DNA of 64,000 nucleotides from IMG/VR virus record IMGVR_UViG_3300022744_000022, positions 1 to 64,000 of that record; one strand, 5' to 3'. Shown piece by piece: positions 62,586 to 64,000 of this stretch (position 1 is its first letter; each line of letters starts with the position of its first letter). The notes under the pieces were generated by a model. It saw only the letters and a program-made list of their open reading frames with translations, ran no database searches and was not told where the DNA came from. The position numbers and the translations under genes were made by a program.

Positions 62586-62975
62586 ATGGACGGTATTGCG
62601 GAATTCATCAACACTAACGTACTCCCCCACTGGCCGTTCGTGGCTGCGATGGTGATCTTCATGATCATCGGCGAGGTCACGACGAAGAACATCTTCACGC
62701 GAGATGCGCACAAGACCAACAAGCCCGTGTGGCTGTTCTGGTGGGGCCGTAAGACTCTGGCGCTCCACCCAATCATCGCGGGTATGGTTCTCGGGCTCAT
62801 GTGGCGGAACCCCGAGGCAGGGGTGGATACGCTCGTGGAGTCCATGGCGTACTTTGCGATGGCGGGCGGCTTTTCAGTTTGGGCCTATGAATTTCTGAAA
62901 GGCATGGCCAAGAAGGAAGGGATCGACATCGATCTTCCTGGCGTTGACGACTCAACACCCCCTCCGGCGAACTGA
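62586..62975 (+). CDS. holin-like small membrane protein (3 hydrophobic segments, charged C-terminus)
   Basis: WPFVAAMVIFMIIG, LALHPIIAGMVLGLMW and AYFAMAGGFSVWAY, then KKEG...DD. GGAGG SD before ATG 62586. Confidence 0.6.
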   Translation: MDGIAEFINTNVLPHWPFVAAMVIFMIIGEVTTKNIFTRDAHKTNKPVWLFWWGRKTLALHPIIAGMVLGLMWRNPEAGVDTLVESMAYFAMAGGFSVWAYEFLKGMAKKEGIDIDLPGVDDSTPPPAN

Positions 62976-62976
62976 G

Positions 62977-63552
62977 ATGCCCCAAGCGACCCCTCCCCCG
63001 CCAATGCCTCCGGAACCCACGGCTCCCCCCGAGCCTGGGTTCTGGCAGGTTGTGGGTGCCAAGCTAGCGGCATTTGCCAAGTGGGCAGCTCGGGTGCTTG
63101 TGGCCCCGGGGGTCGCGTTGCTCCTGATCGTGGGGGCCGTGATGCTGGTGGCCCTAGGGCTCAAGAACGTTCAGATCGGCGGCCTGCTCGGGATGCTCTT
63201 TGGTAAGAAAAAGCCCGAGCACACGGCGATCGACACCGCCAACTCGGTGCCTAAGGACCGAGTAGACGACAAGGGCAAGATCATTCCCATCGGTGAGCCC
63301 GACTCGAAGGGGATGACGCAAGCGGTCGTGGTGCCGATCCAGAACCCAGGTATTCTCTCCAATCCTGATCACGTTGTGTTCACGCCGCCGGGCGAGACCA
63401 AGCCGATTGAGATTCAGCTACCTGACGGCGTGAAGGCCAAGGATGTTGAGAAGGTGATCGTCGTGAAGCCCACGAAATTCGTTGTGACGGTGAAGGACAA
63501 GTCTGGGATCACCGGCAAGCATGTCGATGACCTCTTGAAGAAGTACGGCTGA
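62977..63552 (+). CDS. membrane-anchored protein (one TM segment, periplasmic domain), possibly spanin-like
   Basis: VLVAPGVALLLIVGAVMLVALGL TM. ATG 62977 just after the holin-like stop. Confidence 0.6.
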   Translation: MPQATPPPPMPPEPTAPPEPGFWQVVGAKLAAFAKWAARVLVAPGVALLLIVGAVMLVALGLKNVQIGGLLGMLFGKKKPEHTAIDTANSVPKDRVDDKGKIIPIGEPDSKGMTQAVVVPIQNPGILSNPDHVVFTPPGETKPIEIQLPDGVKAKDVEKVIVVKPTKFVVTVKDKSGITGKHVDDLLKKYG

Positions 63553-63563
63553 TCGGGAGGCCC

Positions 63564-64000
63564 ATGATGCTGCACCTACTGCCTTGGTTGTTCCTGCTCC
63601 CGATGACGCCGATGCAGGCTGCGGGGCCAGATCAGGTCGTGGTGGTCGAGGAAGATCCGGCCCCCGCACAGCTCTGCCCTGAGGGCTTTATTTGCGTTCC
63701 GCCGGAGGACATGGCGGTGTTCGTTCAGCTCTTGCGGGACCAGAAGTGTCGGGCCGAGACAGAGCCTAAGATCATCGCTGACTCCGTGGTGATCATTGTG
63801 GACCGCCAGGGTCGGGTCTACGGATCAGGTACAGGACCCAAGCCCTACAAGCTGCACGTAGACTGGTGCAACTACCAGCTCGACGCCGAGTCCGAAATTC
63901 ATTTGGATGTGGCGCAACGAGTTGAGCCCACGTGGGGTTTTCGGCTGCGGGTCAAGGCCACCGCTGGTGTACTGGCGGTGGACGCCTTCACGGTCAACAA
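63564..64000 (+). CDS. secreted/exported protein with signal peptide (3' truncated by window edge; absent from the ORF track)
   Basis: My translation: MMLHLLPWLFLLPMTPMQAAGPDQ...LCPEGFICVPPEDM..., open to base 64000. GGGAGG SD. Confidence 0.75.
   Translation, partial: MMLHLLPWLFLLPMTPMQAAGPDQVVVVEEDPAPAQLCPEGFICVPPEDMAVFVQLLRDQKCRAETEPKIIADSVVIIVDRQGRVYGSGTGPKPYKLHVDWCNYQLDAESEIHLDVAQRVEPTWGFRLRVKATAGVLAVDAFTVN

Overview
All 64 kb reads as one stretch of a large, GC-rich contractile-tailed (myovirus-like) phage genome. I see no host housekeeping genes, rRNA, intact tRNA, CRISPR array, integrase or transposase. The window opens in the 3' end of a UvrD/Rep-family helicase. A roughly 56 kb + strand morphogenesis region follows: tail tube, two chaperone-like genes, tape measure, two paralogous tube-initiator-like proteins (one carrying a lytic transglycosylase), hub, spike, gp25-like, baseplate-J, wedge, and several very large fibre/adhesin proteins (2065, 1693, 1499 and about 1448 aa). 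Accessory genes are embedded in it: an antisense HNH endonuclease, an HEXXH metallopeptidase, an AdoMet decarboxylase (SpeD family), an antisense myxobacterial-style Cys-repeat/beta-propeller lipoprotein, an XRE regulator and a GIY-YIG endonuclease. The window ends with a minus-strand trio (including a J-domain and a winged-helix protein), a DNA-methyltransferase-like remnant and a holin/spanin-like membrane cluster. The most interesting unexplained signals are: (i) the phage-borne myxobacterial-type surface lipoprotein; (ii) a recurring intergenic motif TTCTYYTRDK plus hairpins that occlude ribosome-binding sites, including a switch-like leader at 3292-3437; (iii) a lethal-factor-like protease in the baseplate operon; (iv) a ~65-aa module dispersed in at least 12 copies over four virion proteins; and (v) a K/R-x-A terminal motif shared by several non-structural proteins. 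All family assignments come from motifs read by eye. No database searches or folding calculations were run.
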